DNA from: Gammaproteobacteria bacterium
Lineage (GTDB): Bacteria; Pseudomonadota; Gammaproteobacteria; SZUA-229
DNA: 64,000 nt
Assembly (NCBI GenBank): GCA_013041745.1
Contig: JABDRN010000112.1
Span: forward strand, 596-64,595
Reading direction: 5' to 3'
The position numbers and the translations under genes were made by a program. The notes beneath the pieces were generated by a model. It saw nothing but the letters and a program-made list of their open reading frames with translations, was not told the DNA's origin and did no database searches. Positions 48,999-58,732 of the stretch are shown here, piece by piece; position 1 is the first letter of the stretch; every line of letters begins with the position of its first letter.

Positions 48999-49036
48999 AA
49001 AAACGCCGATGGCTCCAGAGCTGTTGGCGTTTTTTT
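48999..49036 (+). terminator. Probable intrinsic terminator after the cytochrome c gene
   Basis: AACGCCGATGGC-TCCAGA-GCTGTTGGCGTT followed by a T tract. Confidence 0.65.
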
Positions 49037-49049
49037 ATGCCTGTTCATT

Positions 49050-50021
49050 ATGACTCATACCACCGCAGCCTCTTCCGCGGAAGTCAGTGTCAATAGCCGA
49101 GACTTTCACCCTTTTGAAACGCGAGACCAGAACCTGTTCAACCTGATCCATGGTCAGGCATTACCCAGCAACGCCCGGTTACATGAAAAGTCACAGACCT
49201 CATGGTCAAGCAGCCTGATAATCACCAACGCGCTGAATATCGATAGTAATAGTGAGGAGAGCATCTATCTAGACTATGAAGCCTATCGCTTAAACCTTTC
49301 ATACCAGTATGGGCTCAATACTGACTGGAACCTGAAGGTTGATATACCCCTGATCTACCAGAGCGGTGGCATTTTCGACTCGGCTATCGACAGCTGGCAT
49401 CAGTTTTTTGGCATGCCACGCGGATTCAGGCCGACCGTAGAACACGACCAGTATGACATCCAGTACGCCTACCGGTCACAGACAATGGTCCAGCTAAATG
49501 AGGAAAGCACCAGTCTCGGCGATATCCAGGTCGCTATGGCGCATTCCATCCTGGATGACGAAACAACAGACATGAGCGCCTGGGCGAGCTTAAAATTACC
49601 GACCGGCAAAAAAGAAAAACTGACAGGTAATGGTGCCACCGATATTGCTGCCTGGTTAGCATTGAATCAGCAGTTATCAGGCAGATGGTTGGTCAATATG
49701 AATGCCGGCGCTGTCATATTAGGTGCTGACGAATACAACAACATTCCGCTGTCCGATTATGCGTTATACGGCCATGCCATGCTCGGCTGGCTGGTCACTG
49801 ATTCCATCAACTTGAAGCTGCAACTGCAAGCACACACCAGCTATTATGAACAGAGCCGGTTATCGATATTAGGTGATAGTTATTTTCTGACTTTCGGCGG
49901 AACAATAAACATAGATCAGTGCAACCAGATCGACCTGGCATTTAGTGAAGATATAAAAGTCGACGCTTCCCCGGATGCCAGTATGATCATCAGCTGGCGA
50001 GGCTTTACCTCTGGCTGCTGA
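49050..50021 (+). CDS. DUF3187-like outer-membrane beta-barrel protein (start uncertain)
   Basis: PF.TRDQN, GG.FDS.ID.WH..FG.P, LKLPTG, LTGNG motifs. The ORF-track start at 48909 lies inside the repeat array. Confidence 0.65.
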   Translation: MTHTTAASSAEVSVNSRDFHPFETRDQNLFNLIHGQALPSNARLHEKSQTSWSSSLIITNALNIDSNSEESIYLDYEAYRLNLSYQYGLNTDWNLKVDIPLIYQSGGIFDSAIDSWHQFFGMPRGFRPTVEHDQYDIQYAYRSQTMVQLNEESTSLGDIQVAMAHSILDDETTDMSAWASLKLPTGKKEKLTGNGATDIAAWLALNQQLSGRWLVNMNAGAVILGADEYNNIPLSDYALYGHAMLGWLVTDSINLKLQLQAHTSYYEQSRLSILGDSYFLTFGGTINIDQCNQIDLAFSEDIKVDASPDASMIISWRGFTSGC

Positions 50022-50082
50022 TAATAGTCGAACACATCAAGCGCCATATCTAAACAGAGCAAGGAGGGCAAAAGCTTCCCTA

Positions 50083-51063
50083 TCAGGTCACATAGCTAAG
50101 AGCATCTCTCACTACAGTACTGCTGGCATCATCAGTGTGCGCATTTTCACTGAGGTGGCGACGCCATGCACGCGCACCACGACAGCCCTGGTACAAACCC
50201 AGGATGTGCCGCGTGATCGAATGCAGTATAACGCCCCTGGCAACCTCACTGTCGATATACTCACACATTTCTTCGACGACCTGCTCACGACTCTTTAACC
50301 CAGCCGCAGTGTCCTGGTAGATATCACGATCGACCCTGGCCAGCATATAAGGATTGTAATATGCCTCACGTCCGATCATTACACCGTCGACGTACTCCAG
50401 TTCGTCTACCACGGCTTCCAGGGTTTTGATGCCACCGTTGATTACCACCGTCAACCCTGGTTTCTCCCGTTTCAGGCGATGCACGTAATCATATCTCAGT
50501 GGCGGTATCTCACGGTTCTCTTTAGGGCTCAATCCCTGCAGCCAGGCTTTCCTGGCATGTACGATGAAAGTATCACAACCACCGGCAGAGACAATCTCAA
50601 CGAAATGCTCTAATGGCTCAAAGCCTTCCATCTCATCGATACCGATCCGGCATTTTACCGTGACCGGGATCTCAACTTTTGCCCTCATCGCCGATACGCA
50701 GTCTGCCACCAGCGAAGGATCCGCCATCAGGCAGGCACCGAAATGACCAGACTTGACCCGGTCACTGGGACAACCGACATTCAGGTTAACCTCGTCAAAC
50801 CCGGCATCTTCAGCCATCACTGCACACTGCGCCAGAGCTATGGGATCACTGCCACCAAGTTGCAGTGCCAGCGGATGCTCGGAGCTATGATGCGCGAGCA
50901 GCCTTTTCTGATCGCCGACCATTTGCCTGTTATGCAACAGCGCACCGGTATTGACCATCTCGGTATATAACAGAGCATGCCTGGATATAAGGCGCAAGAA
51001 ATAACGCGCATGACGGTCGGTCCAGCCCATCATCGGCGCAATAGATACTTTATGAGACAGCAT
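50083..51063 (-). CDS. dusA: tRNA dihydrouridine(20/20a) synthase
   Basis: APMMGWTDRH, LQLGGSDP, NLNVGCPSDRV, HARKAWLQGLSPKENR. Confidence 0.95.
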   Translation of the reverse strand: MLSHKVSIAPMMGWTDRHARYFLRLISRHALLYTEMVNTGALLHNRQMVGDQKRLLAHHSSEHPLALQLGGSDPIALAQCAVMAEDAGFDEVNLNVGCPSDRVKSGHFGACLMADPSLVADCVSAMRAKVEIPVTVKCRIGIDEMEGFEPLEHFVEIVSAGGCDTFIVHARKAWLQGLSPKENREIPPLRYDYVHRLKREKPGLTVVINGGIKTLEAVVDELEYVDGVMIGREAYYNPYMLARVDRDIYQDTAAGLKSREQVVEEMCEYIDSEVARGVILHSITRHILGLYQGCRGARAWRRHLSENAHTDDASSTVVRDALSYVT

Positions 51064-51072
51064 GCGGGTATT

Positions 51073-53124
51073 TTACTGCAAAGCAGTCGCCTTTTTCCTG
51101 ACTTCGAGGTCATTATTACTGCCATGTTCAAGCTCGACCGCCAGCAGCATTGCTGCTGCTAATGGGTACTGGTTTACAGTAGCGGCAAAGCTTTTAAGCA
51201 GCTTTGCCGCCCGGGATGAAAATATTTTTTTGTCAGCTGGCCGGGATGCCAGTGCAGATAATCTATACAGGTTTGAGAATGCAACAGCATTAGCCGAAGG
51301 CAGTGCGCCGTCACTGATGCTCTTTGAACGAAACAACAGGCTATCGTCAGTAGCCACCGATTCGAAATAGGCGCCCGTTTTTTCATCCAGGAAAAGCGCA
51401 TCCTGTTGCTCATGCAGCTCAAAGGCCCAACGCAGCCAGTTGTCATCATTACTGGCTTCATACAACTCGATCAAACCATGTATCAGCCAGACATAATCAG
51501 ATAATGTCGCGGCAGTGTCCGACACGATTTTTTCCCCATGCCGGCGGTACTGTCGATACAATATCATGGCATTTTCATCATAAAGGTTTTTCCTGATGAA
51601 TTCGGCGGCCTGCTCGGCCTGTAACAATAGTGCGCGCTCATCGAAAGTACGTGAGGATATTGCCAGGGCTGATATCATCATTCCGTTCCATGCGGTAATG
51701 ATCTTGTCATCGAGATGAGGCCGTGGCCGCGCTATACGGACTTTATTTAATTGCTTCCTGGCCGATGCCAGCCACTCGGCTTGCTGCTGTGTTAGCGGTT
51801 TGATGCTGAGTTCATCGTCGACATAGAGTACGTTCAAACCGATAAACTGATCGTGCGGATCTGATTCGATATTACCGTCATCCTCCACCTGGTAATATTT
51901 TTTTACAAAGGCAAATACTTGTGCTGGCAGCACCCGCTTCAACTCTGACTGACGCCATAGATAATATGCGCCTTCTGCTTTTTCGGCGCTGTCATCATGC
52001 GCAGGTTTGCTAACAGCGTCCAGTGCTGAATAAAAACCGCCATCGGCTGATCGCATCTCGCGCGATACAAATGACAAGGTCTGCAGAATGATCCTGCGGT
52101 AACTCGGCAGTGCATCGATCATGTAAAAGTCGTTGTACGCCATGACCATCAGCGCCTGGTTATATAACATCTTCTCAAAATGCGGCACCTGCCAGTTCTC
52201 ATCGACCGAGTATCGATGAAAGCCACCACCGACCTGGTCATAGATACCGCCAGCGGCCATCGCATCAAGGGTAGTCTTCATCATAAGGTGTGCCTTTTTT
52301 TTACTCTCGTCATCCACAGCGTCACTATCACTGAGGAGAAGTTGATTAAGAAAGGAAAATATTCCAGGACGCGGAAATTTTGGGGCGACGCTAAAACCAC
52401 CAGAGTCAGGCTCATACGACTCATAAATGCTGTGAAGCGCTGCCTCGGTTATATCATCGGCTAATAACTCGGCTTCCGAGGTATCATCAGCGCCATATTC
52501 GATACCGGCGGTAATCGTTGTCGCTGTCTCCTCTACCAGCTCCGGCTGCTCTTGCCATATCTCATGAACCTTTAACAGTATTTCATTAAGACCTTTACGA
52601 CCATCTGAAGAAAATGGCGGGTAATAGGTCGCCGCATGAAAAGGACGCAAGCGGTTATCAAGAAAGACAGTCATCGGCCAGCCGCCATGGCCATTGATCA
52701 GCTGTGTCGCTGCCATATATACCGCGTCGATATCAGGTCGCTGCTCACGATCGACTTTTATACTGACGAAATACCGGTTGAGCAGTTCTGCTATCTGTTT
52801 ATTTTCAAAAGATTCACGCGCCATAACATGGCACCAGTGGCATGTGGAATATCCGATCGAAAGAAATATCGGCTTGTTTTCTTTTCTGGCTTTTTCGAAT
52901 GCCGCTTCACCCCAGGCATACCAGTCCACCGGATTGTATGCATGCTGCAACAGGTATGGACTGGATTCATCGATCAGTTTATTCGGCTTGCGGCCATCTC
53001 TATCGGCAACAGCAGAAGCATGCTGAAGGTGGTCTTTAACGGTTACCTGCTTTACATCTGTTTGCGCAGATACATCATGTGACAGATGCGTCAAGAGCAG
53101 TACAAGAAAAATTAAAATCCTCAT
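51073..53124 (-). CDS. YyaL/DUF255 thioredoxin-domain protein (SPATA20-like) with signal peptide
   Basis: [54 protein letters not shown]. Confidence 0.88.
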   Translation of the reverse strand: MRILIFLVLLLTHLSHDVSAQTDVKQVTVKDHLQHASAVADRDGRKPNKLIDESSPYLLQHAYNPVDWYAWGEAAFEKARKENKPIFLSIGYSTCHWCHVMARESFENKQIAELLNRYFVSIKVDREQRPDIDAVYMAATQLINGHGGWPMTVFLDNRLRPFHAATYYPPFSSDGRKGLNEILLKVHEIWQEQPELVEETATTITAGIEYGADDTSEAELLADDITEAALHSIYESYEPDSGGFSVAPKFPRPGIFSFLNQLLLSDSDAVDDESKKKAHLMMKTTLDAMAAGGIYDQVGGGFHRYSVDENWQVPHFEKMLYNQALMVMAYNDFYMIDALPSYRRIILQTLSFVSREMRSADGGFYSALDAVSKPAHDDSAEKAEGAYYLWRQSELKRVLPAQVFAFVKKYYQVEDDGNIESDPHDQFIGLNVLYVDDELSIKPLTQQQAEWLASARKQLNKVRIARPRPHLDDKIITAWNGMMISALAISSRTFDERALLLQAEQAAEFIRKNLYDENAMILYRQYRRHGEKIVSDTAATLSDYVWLIHGLIELYEASNDDNWLRWAFELHEQQDALFLDEKTGAYFESVATDDSLLFRSKSISDGALPSANAVAFSNLYRLSALASRPADKKIFSSRAAKLLKSFAATVNQYPLAAAMLLAVELEHGSNNDLEVRKKATALQ

Positions 53125-53138
53125 ACTAAAAAACGACA

Positions 53139-55169
53139 TCAAAAGGTATAGGCCAGAACCATGCCTTCCCTGATAGCTGTTTCAGCATCAAGCTCAGCCG
53201 CTTTTTTTGCGCCGCCGATGATATGAACCGGCTGCCCGATTGCACGCAGTTGCCGGTATAGGGCGTTCTCTGATTCCTGGCCGGTACAGATGATGACATG
53301 ATCGACAGCCAGTGTTTTCTTCTTACCGTCATGAACAATATGCAATCCAAAATCATCGATCTTTTCATAAGTTACACCTGTCATCATATTCACACCTGCA
53401 CGCCTGAGTGTCAGCCTGCGTATCCAGCCTGTGGTACGGGCGAGATTTTTTCCCGGTTTTTCATTTTTACGCTGCAGCAGGTAGACATCGCGTTTACTAT
53501 GCTGGTTCACTGGTTCTTTAAGAAGGCCGCCTCTATTGGCATACTGTTTATCAATACCCCAGCTCTGATACCAGTCTTCTTCCTGGTTTGACACCAGCAT
53601 TTCCGCGACATCAAAACCGATGCCGCCCGCACCTATGATTGCGACCTTGTCCTTGATCTCTGCTCTATTCAGAATTGCGCTTTCATAGTCCATCACGGAA
53701 AAGTGGTCGATGCCTTCGATATCCGGCATCCTCGGAACAACTCCGGTCGCAAACACGATAGCATCGGCAAAAACATCTCGCAGATCTTCGATACCGACCT
53801 CGAAATTACGATGCACTTCTACACCCAGTATTGACAGCTGCGCTTCGAAATACTGGACGGTCTCTCTATAGATTTCCTTGCCGGGTATTTCACAAGCAAG
53901 GTTAAACTGCCCGCCGAGATTTGCTGAGTCATAAGCGATGACCTGGTGTCCGCGTGAAGCCGCATAATAAGCACAGGAGAGTCCAGCCACACCGAGTCCG
54001 ACAACGATGATCCTTTTCCTGCTGTCTGACTGTGACAACGGAAACTCCTCTTCATAAGCTGCTCGCGGGTTAACCATGCAGGTTGCTCGCATCTGTTTGA
54101 ACACCCTGTCCAGACATCCCTGGTTACAGGCGATACATTTATTGATCAGTTGAGACTGGTTATCCATCGCTTTCTGTACGAACTGGCTATCGGCCAGAAA
54201 AGGTCTCGCCATTGATACCATATCGGCATCACCTTGCTGCAGGCAGCGCTCAGCAAGCTCGGGACTATTGATCCGATTAGATGTGATCAAGGGTATATCG
54301 ACCGCTGTTTTCAACTTTTTTGTCACCCAGCTAAAAGCTGCCTCGGGAACAACGGCGGCTATCGTCGGTATCCTTACCTCGTGCCACCCTATACCGGTGT
54401 TGATCAGGGTGGCACCTGCTTTTTCTATCTCTTTTGCATGTCGCTCTATCTCCTGCCAGCTACTGCCTTCCTTATGCAGGTCAAGCATAGAGAGGCGAAA
54501 GATAATGATGAAGCGCTTACCAGCACTTTGACGTATCGCCCGAATAATCTCCAGCGAAAAGCGCATCCTGTTATCAAATGATCCGCCCCATTCATCCGTC
54601 CGCTTATTGGTATTACTGCATATGAACTGGTTTATCAGGTATCCTTCAGAACCCATGACCTCGACACCGTCATAACCGGCACGTTTAGCCAGCCTCGCCG
54701 TCTTCGCAAAAGCTTCAATAATATTTTTGATCTGACGGGTTGTTAGTGCCCTGGGCGTATAGGGTGAGATCGGCGACTTGATGGCGGAAGGTGCCACTGC
54801 AAATGGATGATATGCGTAACGACCCGCATGCAATATCTGTAAACATATCTTTGCACCATGGGCATGCACTGCATCGACCAGCTTTCGATGTTTAGCCAGC
54901 TGAAGCCATGAACTGAACTGTGAAGCAAAGGGTGACAGTCGCCCACTAAGAGTCGGTGATATTCCTCCCGTTACGATCAGTGCTACCCCGGCTTTTGCGC
55001 GCTCCTCATAAAATTTCGACAACCTGCTCAAGCGGAACCATTGTTCTTCGAGGCCAGTATGCATGGACCCCATTACGGTGCGGTTCTTTAGCTGGACAAA
55101 GCCGAGATCCAGCGGTTTTAGCAGTGCATCGAACGATACTGTATTTGGCGGTTTCTGGATTGGGCTCAT
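53139..55169 (-). CDS. fadH: NADPH-dependent 2,4-dienoyl-CoA reductase
   Basis: [48 protein letters not shown]. Confidence 0.93.
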   Translation of the reverse strand: MSPIQKPPNTVSFDALLKPLDLGFVQLKNRTVMGSMHTGLEEQWFRLSRLSKFYEERAKAGVALIVTGGISPTLSGRLSPFASQFSSWLQLAKHRKLVDAVHAHGAKICLQILHAGRYAYHPFAVAPSAIKSPISPYTPRALTTRQIKNIIEAFAKTARLAKRAGYDGVEVMGSEGYLINQFICSNTNKRTDEWGGSFDNRMRFSLEIIRAIRQSAGKRFIIIFRLSMLDLHKEGSSWQEIERHAKEIEKAGATLINTGIGWHEVRIPTIAAVVPEAAFSWVTKKLKTAVDIPLITSNRINSPELAERCLQQGDADMVSMARPFLADSQFVQKAMDNQSQLINKCIACNQGCLDRVFKQMRATCMVNPRAAYEEEFPLSQSDSRKRIIVVGLGVAGLSCAYYAASRGHQVIAYDSANLGGQFNLACEIPGKEIYRETVQYFEAQLSILGVEVHRNFEVGIEDLRDVFADAIVFATGVVPRMPDIEGIDHFSVMDYESAILNRAEIKDKVAIIGAGGIGFDVAEMLVSNQEEDWYQSWGIDKQYANRGGLLKEPVNQHSKRDVYLLQRKNEKPGKNLARTTGWIRRLTLRRAGVNMMTGVTYEKIDDFGLHIVHDGKKKTLAVDHVIICTGQESENALYRQLRAIGQPVHIIGGAKKAAELDAETAIREGMVLAYTF

Positions 55170-55354
55170 AGATTCATTATAATTCAGCTGCAGGCAGTCT
55201 GTCGTTCTAGCCAGTGTTTATTTTAGTTATCGAGATCACCAACAGGGTAATGCGGCATTCAGCATAGTATTACCAAAGGCGGGAAATCACTGTCCGGTTG
55301 TCTCCAGCTTTCGCCTTCGTTATAGTACATCTTTTATACCCATATCGTAGGCAC

Positions 55355-57145
55355 ATGTATAACGACTATTTCGGATTCAAGGAAGCACCTTTCTCTATCG
55401 CTCCTGATCCACGTTATTTATATATGACCGCACAGCACCGCGAGGCGCTGGCGCACCTGGTCTATGGCCTGAATAGCGAGGGCGGATGCATCCTTCTCAC
55501 CGGTGAAGTAGGCACTGGCAAGACGACGATGTGCCGATGCCTGCTGGAACAGATTCCAGAACAGGCAAATGTCGCATTGGTACTGAACCCGAAAGTGAGC
55601 GAGATAGAACTGCTGGAAACTATCTGTGATGAGCTGAACATCAGCTATCCGGATACGGACAACAGCGTTAAGACCTATACAGACAGGATCTATGAGTTTC
55701 TGATTGCGAGCAACAGAAAAAACGAAAAGACAGTTCTGATAATCGATGAAGCACAAAACCTGAACAGCAAGGTTCTCGAGCAACTACGCCTGTTAACCAA
55801 CCTCGAAACCAATCAGCGTAAGTTATTACAGATCATCGTTCTCGGTCAGCCTGAGCTACTGGATATACTGGCGAAACCGGAGATGCGCCAGCTGGCACAA
55901 CGCATAACGGCCCGCTTTCATCTGCGACCACTGACGAGGAGCGAAGTAAAAGCTTACGTCACTCACCGACTGGCAGTGGCCGGTCAAAACATACAGCTTT
56001 TCCCCGAGAACAGCATCAAGCTTTTATTCAAACTCAGTGGTGGCGTACCGCGTCTTATCAACATCATCTGCGACCGTGCATTGTTAGGCGCCTACGTGGA
56101 GAGTCAGTATGCGGTACACACACCGATCATTAAAAAAGCAGCCACGGAAGTCTTCGGTGAGCTAAAAAACGTCGAAAAAAAACACAGGACAAGGCGCTGG
56201 CTGCTACCTGCTGCCATCGTTTCGAGTATCGCGGCTATCGCAATCGCTTCACTTTACTATCTGACTCTAACGCCGCTTGATAACGGCACCGATAATGACA
56301 GCGCTGATAAACGACTTGCCAAATACAGTGCTTCGCCAGATACCCCATCGTCACTGAACAACGAGCTTAACGAACCGGGCTTTTCACCCACGCCAGCGCT
56401 AACAAGTAACACTGACATGTCCACTGAACTCGATAGCATTACAATCGAGCAAGATGAATCACGACAACAGTATACAGATCCAGCCGTTACTGATGCGGTG
56501 GTCGCCGCCACGGCAGAACATAACAACGAAAAAAAATTCGATGATATAGAGACCATATTGAATGACTCGAGCAATGATCAGGTATCTGCTTACCAGCAAC
56601 TGTTTCTGGCATGGGGCCACAAATACAATAATAAAAGTATTACCACAGCATGCAAGCAGGCAGAGGCATTATCTCTGCGCTGCCTGCATAAACAGGGCAA
56701 CCTGAATAGTCTAAAAGCACATAATCGCCCTGCGGTGCTTAAACTTGTTAATAATAATGGGCAAATAAGGCACATCACGGTAACATCTATTCGAGGAGAG
56801 TTTGCTTCTGTGTATTCCAGCGATGATCAGTATACCGTCAGATTAAGCGATCTGGACAAATACTGGTTTGGCCAGTTCATCTTACTGTGGCACAAACCGG
56901 AACATTATTCATCGGCAATCACACCGGGTGACAGCGGTGATATCGTCTCCTGGCTGAATACTCAGTTTGCCGATGAGTTACCTGAGAGCAAAGCTAGCGA
57001 CATTTATGATGATGCATTGGTAGAGAGAGTAAAAACCTTTCAGACTGATCATGGTCTGGTAGCAGATGGCATCGTCGGGCCAGTGACTATCATCCATATG
57101 AATACCCGTTCAGGAGCAGATGTTCCCACATTAACAACGAGCTAA
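55355..57145 (+). CDS. exeA: ExeA/GspA ATPase with C-terminal peptidoglycan-binding domain
   Basis: PFSIAPDP, GEVGTGKT, IIDEAQNL, LEQLRLLTNLET, a TM helix, FQ..HGL.ADGIVGP. Confidence 0.9.
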   Translation: MYNDYFGFKEAPFSIAPDPRYLYMTAQHREALAHLVYGLNSEGGCILLTGEVGTGKTTMCRCLLEQIPEQANVALVLNPKVSEIELLETICDELNISYPDTDNSVKTYTDRIYEFLIASNRKNEKTVLIIDEAQNLNSKVLEQLRLLTNLETNQRKLLQIIVLGQPELLDILAKPEMRQLAQRITARFHLRPLTRSEVKAYVTHRLAVAGQNIQLFPENSIKLLFKLSGGVPRLINIICDRALLGAYVESQYAVHTPIIKKAATEVFGELKNVEKKHRTRRWLLPAAIVSSIAAIAIASLYYLTLTPLDNGTDNDSADKRLAKYSASPDTPSSLNNELNEPGFSPTPALTSNTDMSTELDSITIEQDESRQQYTDPAVTDAVVAATAEHNNEKKFDDIETILNDSSNDQVSAYQQLFLAWGHKYNNKSITTACKQAEALSLRCLHKQGNLNSLKAHNRPAVLKLVNNNGQIRHITVTSIRGEFASVYSSDDQYTVRLSDLDKYWFGQFILLWHKPEHYSSAITPGDSGDIVSWLNTQFADELPESKASDIYDDALVERVKTFQTDHGLVADGIVGPVTIIHMNTRSGADVPTLTTS

Positions 57146-57146
57146 T

Positions 57147-57878
57147 ATGTCATACATACTCGATGCACTTAAAAAGTCTGAACAGGAACGAGGTCACGGC
57201 AATGTACCCGATGTCCAGACCGTGCACTCCTCCAGCCTGAATTATCGTGATGATAAAAAAGCCGTCTGGCCATATATCCTGATCGTTGCCGTCTTACTCA
57301 ACCTGCTTGCGATAGGCTATTTCATCATAAATCAGGCAGGCCCCACTGAGACGACACAATCCATTGCCGAGAGCACAGATACAACAAAGGCAACAACAGG
57401 CAATACCGCGATTACAGTTAAACAGGAGCAGCACACCCCACCTGCCCCTATGGCCGATGATAGTATACAGCTACAAGCCAGCGGAGTTTCATCAGTCAGT
57501 ACAACAACGACTGCAGGCAAGAATGTTAATGCTGCCGCGCAAGAAAAAGAACCCATGACCAGGGAGACAGCAACTGTCAGTGAGACGGTCACAACAAAAC
57601 CTGCACCACAGGCCGCTGCGACTGATAACAGTGAAGCTATTATCGATTTCTATGAACTACCCGATTCAATAAAACAGCAGATACCGACGATAATTATTTC
57701 AGCTCACGTCTACTCAAGCAATCCTTTGCAACGCAGCATCGTCATCAATAATAACTTCATGGAGGAAGGAGAATATGTTCTGGATGATCTCGTGCTTCAC
57801 GAGATCACACAGGATGGTGCAGTATTTAATTACCGCGGCACACTGTTCAATTACGGTGTAGTCTCAGGCTGGCAATAA
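57147..57878 (+). CDS. exeB: ExeB/GspB type II secretion accessory protein
   Basis: MSYILDALKKSEQER N-terminus, TM helix, low-complexity linker, HVYSS.P..R C-terminal domain. Confidence 0.85.
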   Translation: MSYILDALKKSEQERGHGNVPDVQTVHSSSLNYRDDKKAVWPYILIVAVLLNLLAIGYFIINQAGPTETTQSIAESTDTTKATTGNTAITVKQEQHTPPAPMADDSIQLQASGVSSVSTTTTAGKNVNAAAQEKEPMTRETATVSETVTTKPAPQAAATDNSEAIIDFYELPDSIKQQIPTIIISAHVYSSNPLQRSIVINNNFMEEGEYVLDDLVLHEITQDGAVFNYRGTLFNYGVVSGWQ

Positions 57879-57890
57879 GCCAACAACGCC

Positions 57891-58508
57891 TCAGAACTCA
57901 CACTCAGCAAACAGGTGCATCTGCCGGTTTGTCACCGGGTGCTCAAATAACAGGTTGTCGGCATGCAGCAACATCCTGGGCTGCTTTACCTCATCATTAC
58001 CATACAAACCGTCACCGATGATCGGATGCCTCATGGCCGCACAGTGCACCCTCAGTTGATGCGTGCGCCCTGTTTCAGGCTTTAACAATAGCCGCACCGA
58101 ATCTTTGCCGCGCTGCAGGACTTGCCAGTATGTGACCGCGGCTTTGCCATGCTCATAGTCGACGATCTGCCTGGGACGGTTATCTATATCACAGCGCATG
58201 GGGAATTTTATGACACCTTCATCCTCATCGAACCACTGCCGGACTATCGCGATATATTGTTTTCCAATCTTCCTGTCATGAAAGATTCGACTCAAAGCCC
58301 GCTGCATCTCTATGCCGATAGCAAATAGCATGATACCAGAGGTGTAACAGTCAAGGCGGTGCACAACTTTTGCCTGTGGAATAATTTTTTCCAGCCTGGA
58401 TATCATACAGTCCTGCTTGTCCGGACCCAGCCCTGGCACAGACAGCAAAGCCTGGGGCTTGTTCACCGCTACGATGAAATCATCTTGATATATTATATCT
58501 ATCGTCAT
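57891..58508 (-). CDS. rluA: RluA-family pseudouridine synthase
   Basis: NKP..LLSVPG, VHRLDCYTSG, TGRTHQLRVH, PIIGD.LY. Confidence 0.88.
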   Translation of the reverse strand: MTIDIIYQDDFIVAVNKPQALLSVPGLGPDKQDCMISRLEKIIPQAKVVHRLDCYTSGIMLFAIGIEMQRALSRIFHDRKIGKQYIAIVRQWFDEDEGVIKFPMRCDIDNRPRQIVDYEHGKAAVTYWQVLQRGKDSVRLLLKPETGRTHQLRVHCAAMRHPIIGDGLYGNDEVKQPRMLLHADNLLFEHPVTNRQMHLFAECEF

Positions 58509-58541
58509 ACTCAATAATTTTATATAAAAAACCAGCATAAT

Positions 58542-58568
58542 AAAAAAAGCCGGATATACCGGCCTTTT
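58542..58568. terminator. Terminator-like hairpin between the divergent rluA and kinase genes
   Basis: AAAAAAAGCCGG-ATATA-CCGGCCTTTT; what it would terminate is unclear. Confidence 0.35.
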
Positions 58569-58732
58569 CGATCCATAAACTCTAATTCTACTATTATCAA
58601 AAAATAAAAATACTGTTAATCTCTAATTTTCCAGCCTGTAGCTGCCTGCACCTGTTTTCGCTATGGTAAACATGTATTATGATAGACCTCATAAGACTTT
58701 ACTGATCTCAAATAGAATGGAATCGCCTAACA

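Noticed and set aside
50083-51063. dusA-associated genomic island
   Set aside because: dusA is a known integration site, but the gene is intact and no integrase or duplicated dusA fragment is adjacent.
55355-57878. exeAB without the rest of the type II secretion cluster
   Set aside because: A separate exeAB/gspAB locus is established in Aeromonas and Vibrio; not novel.
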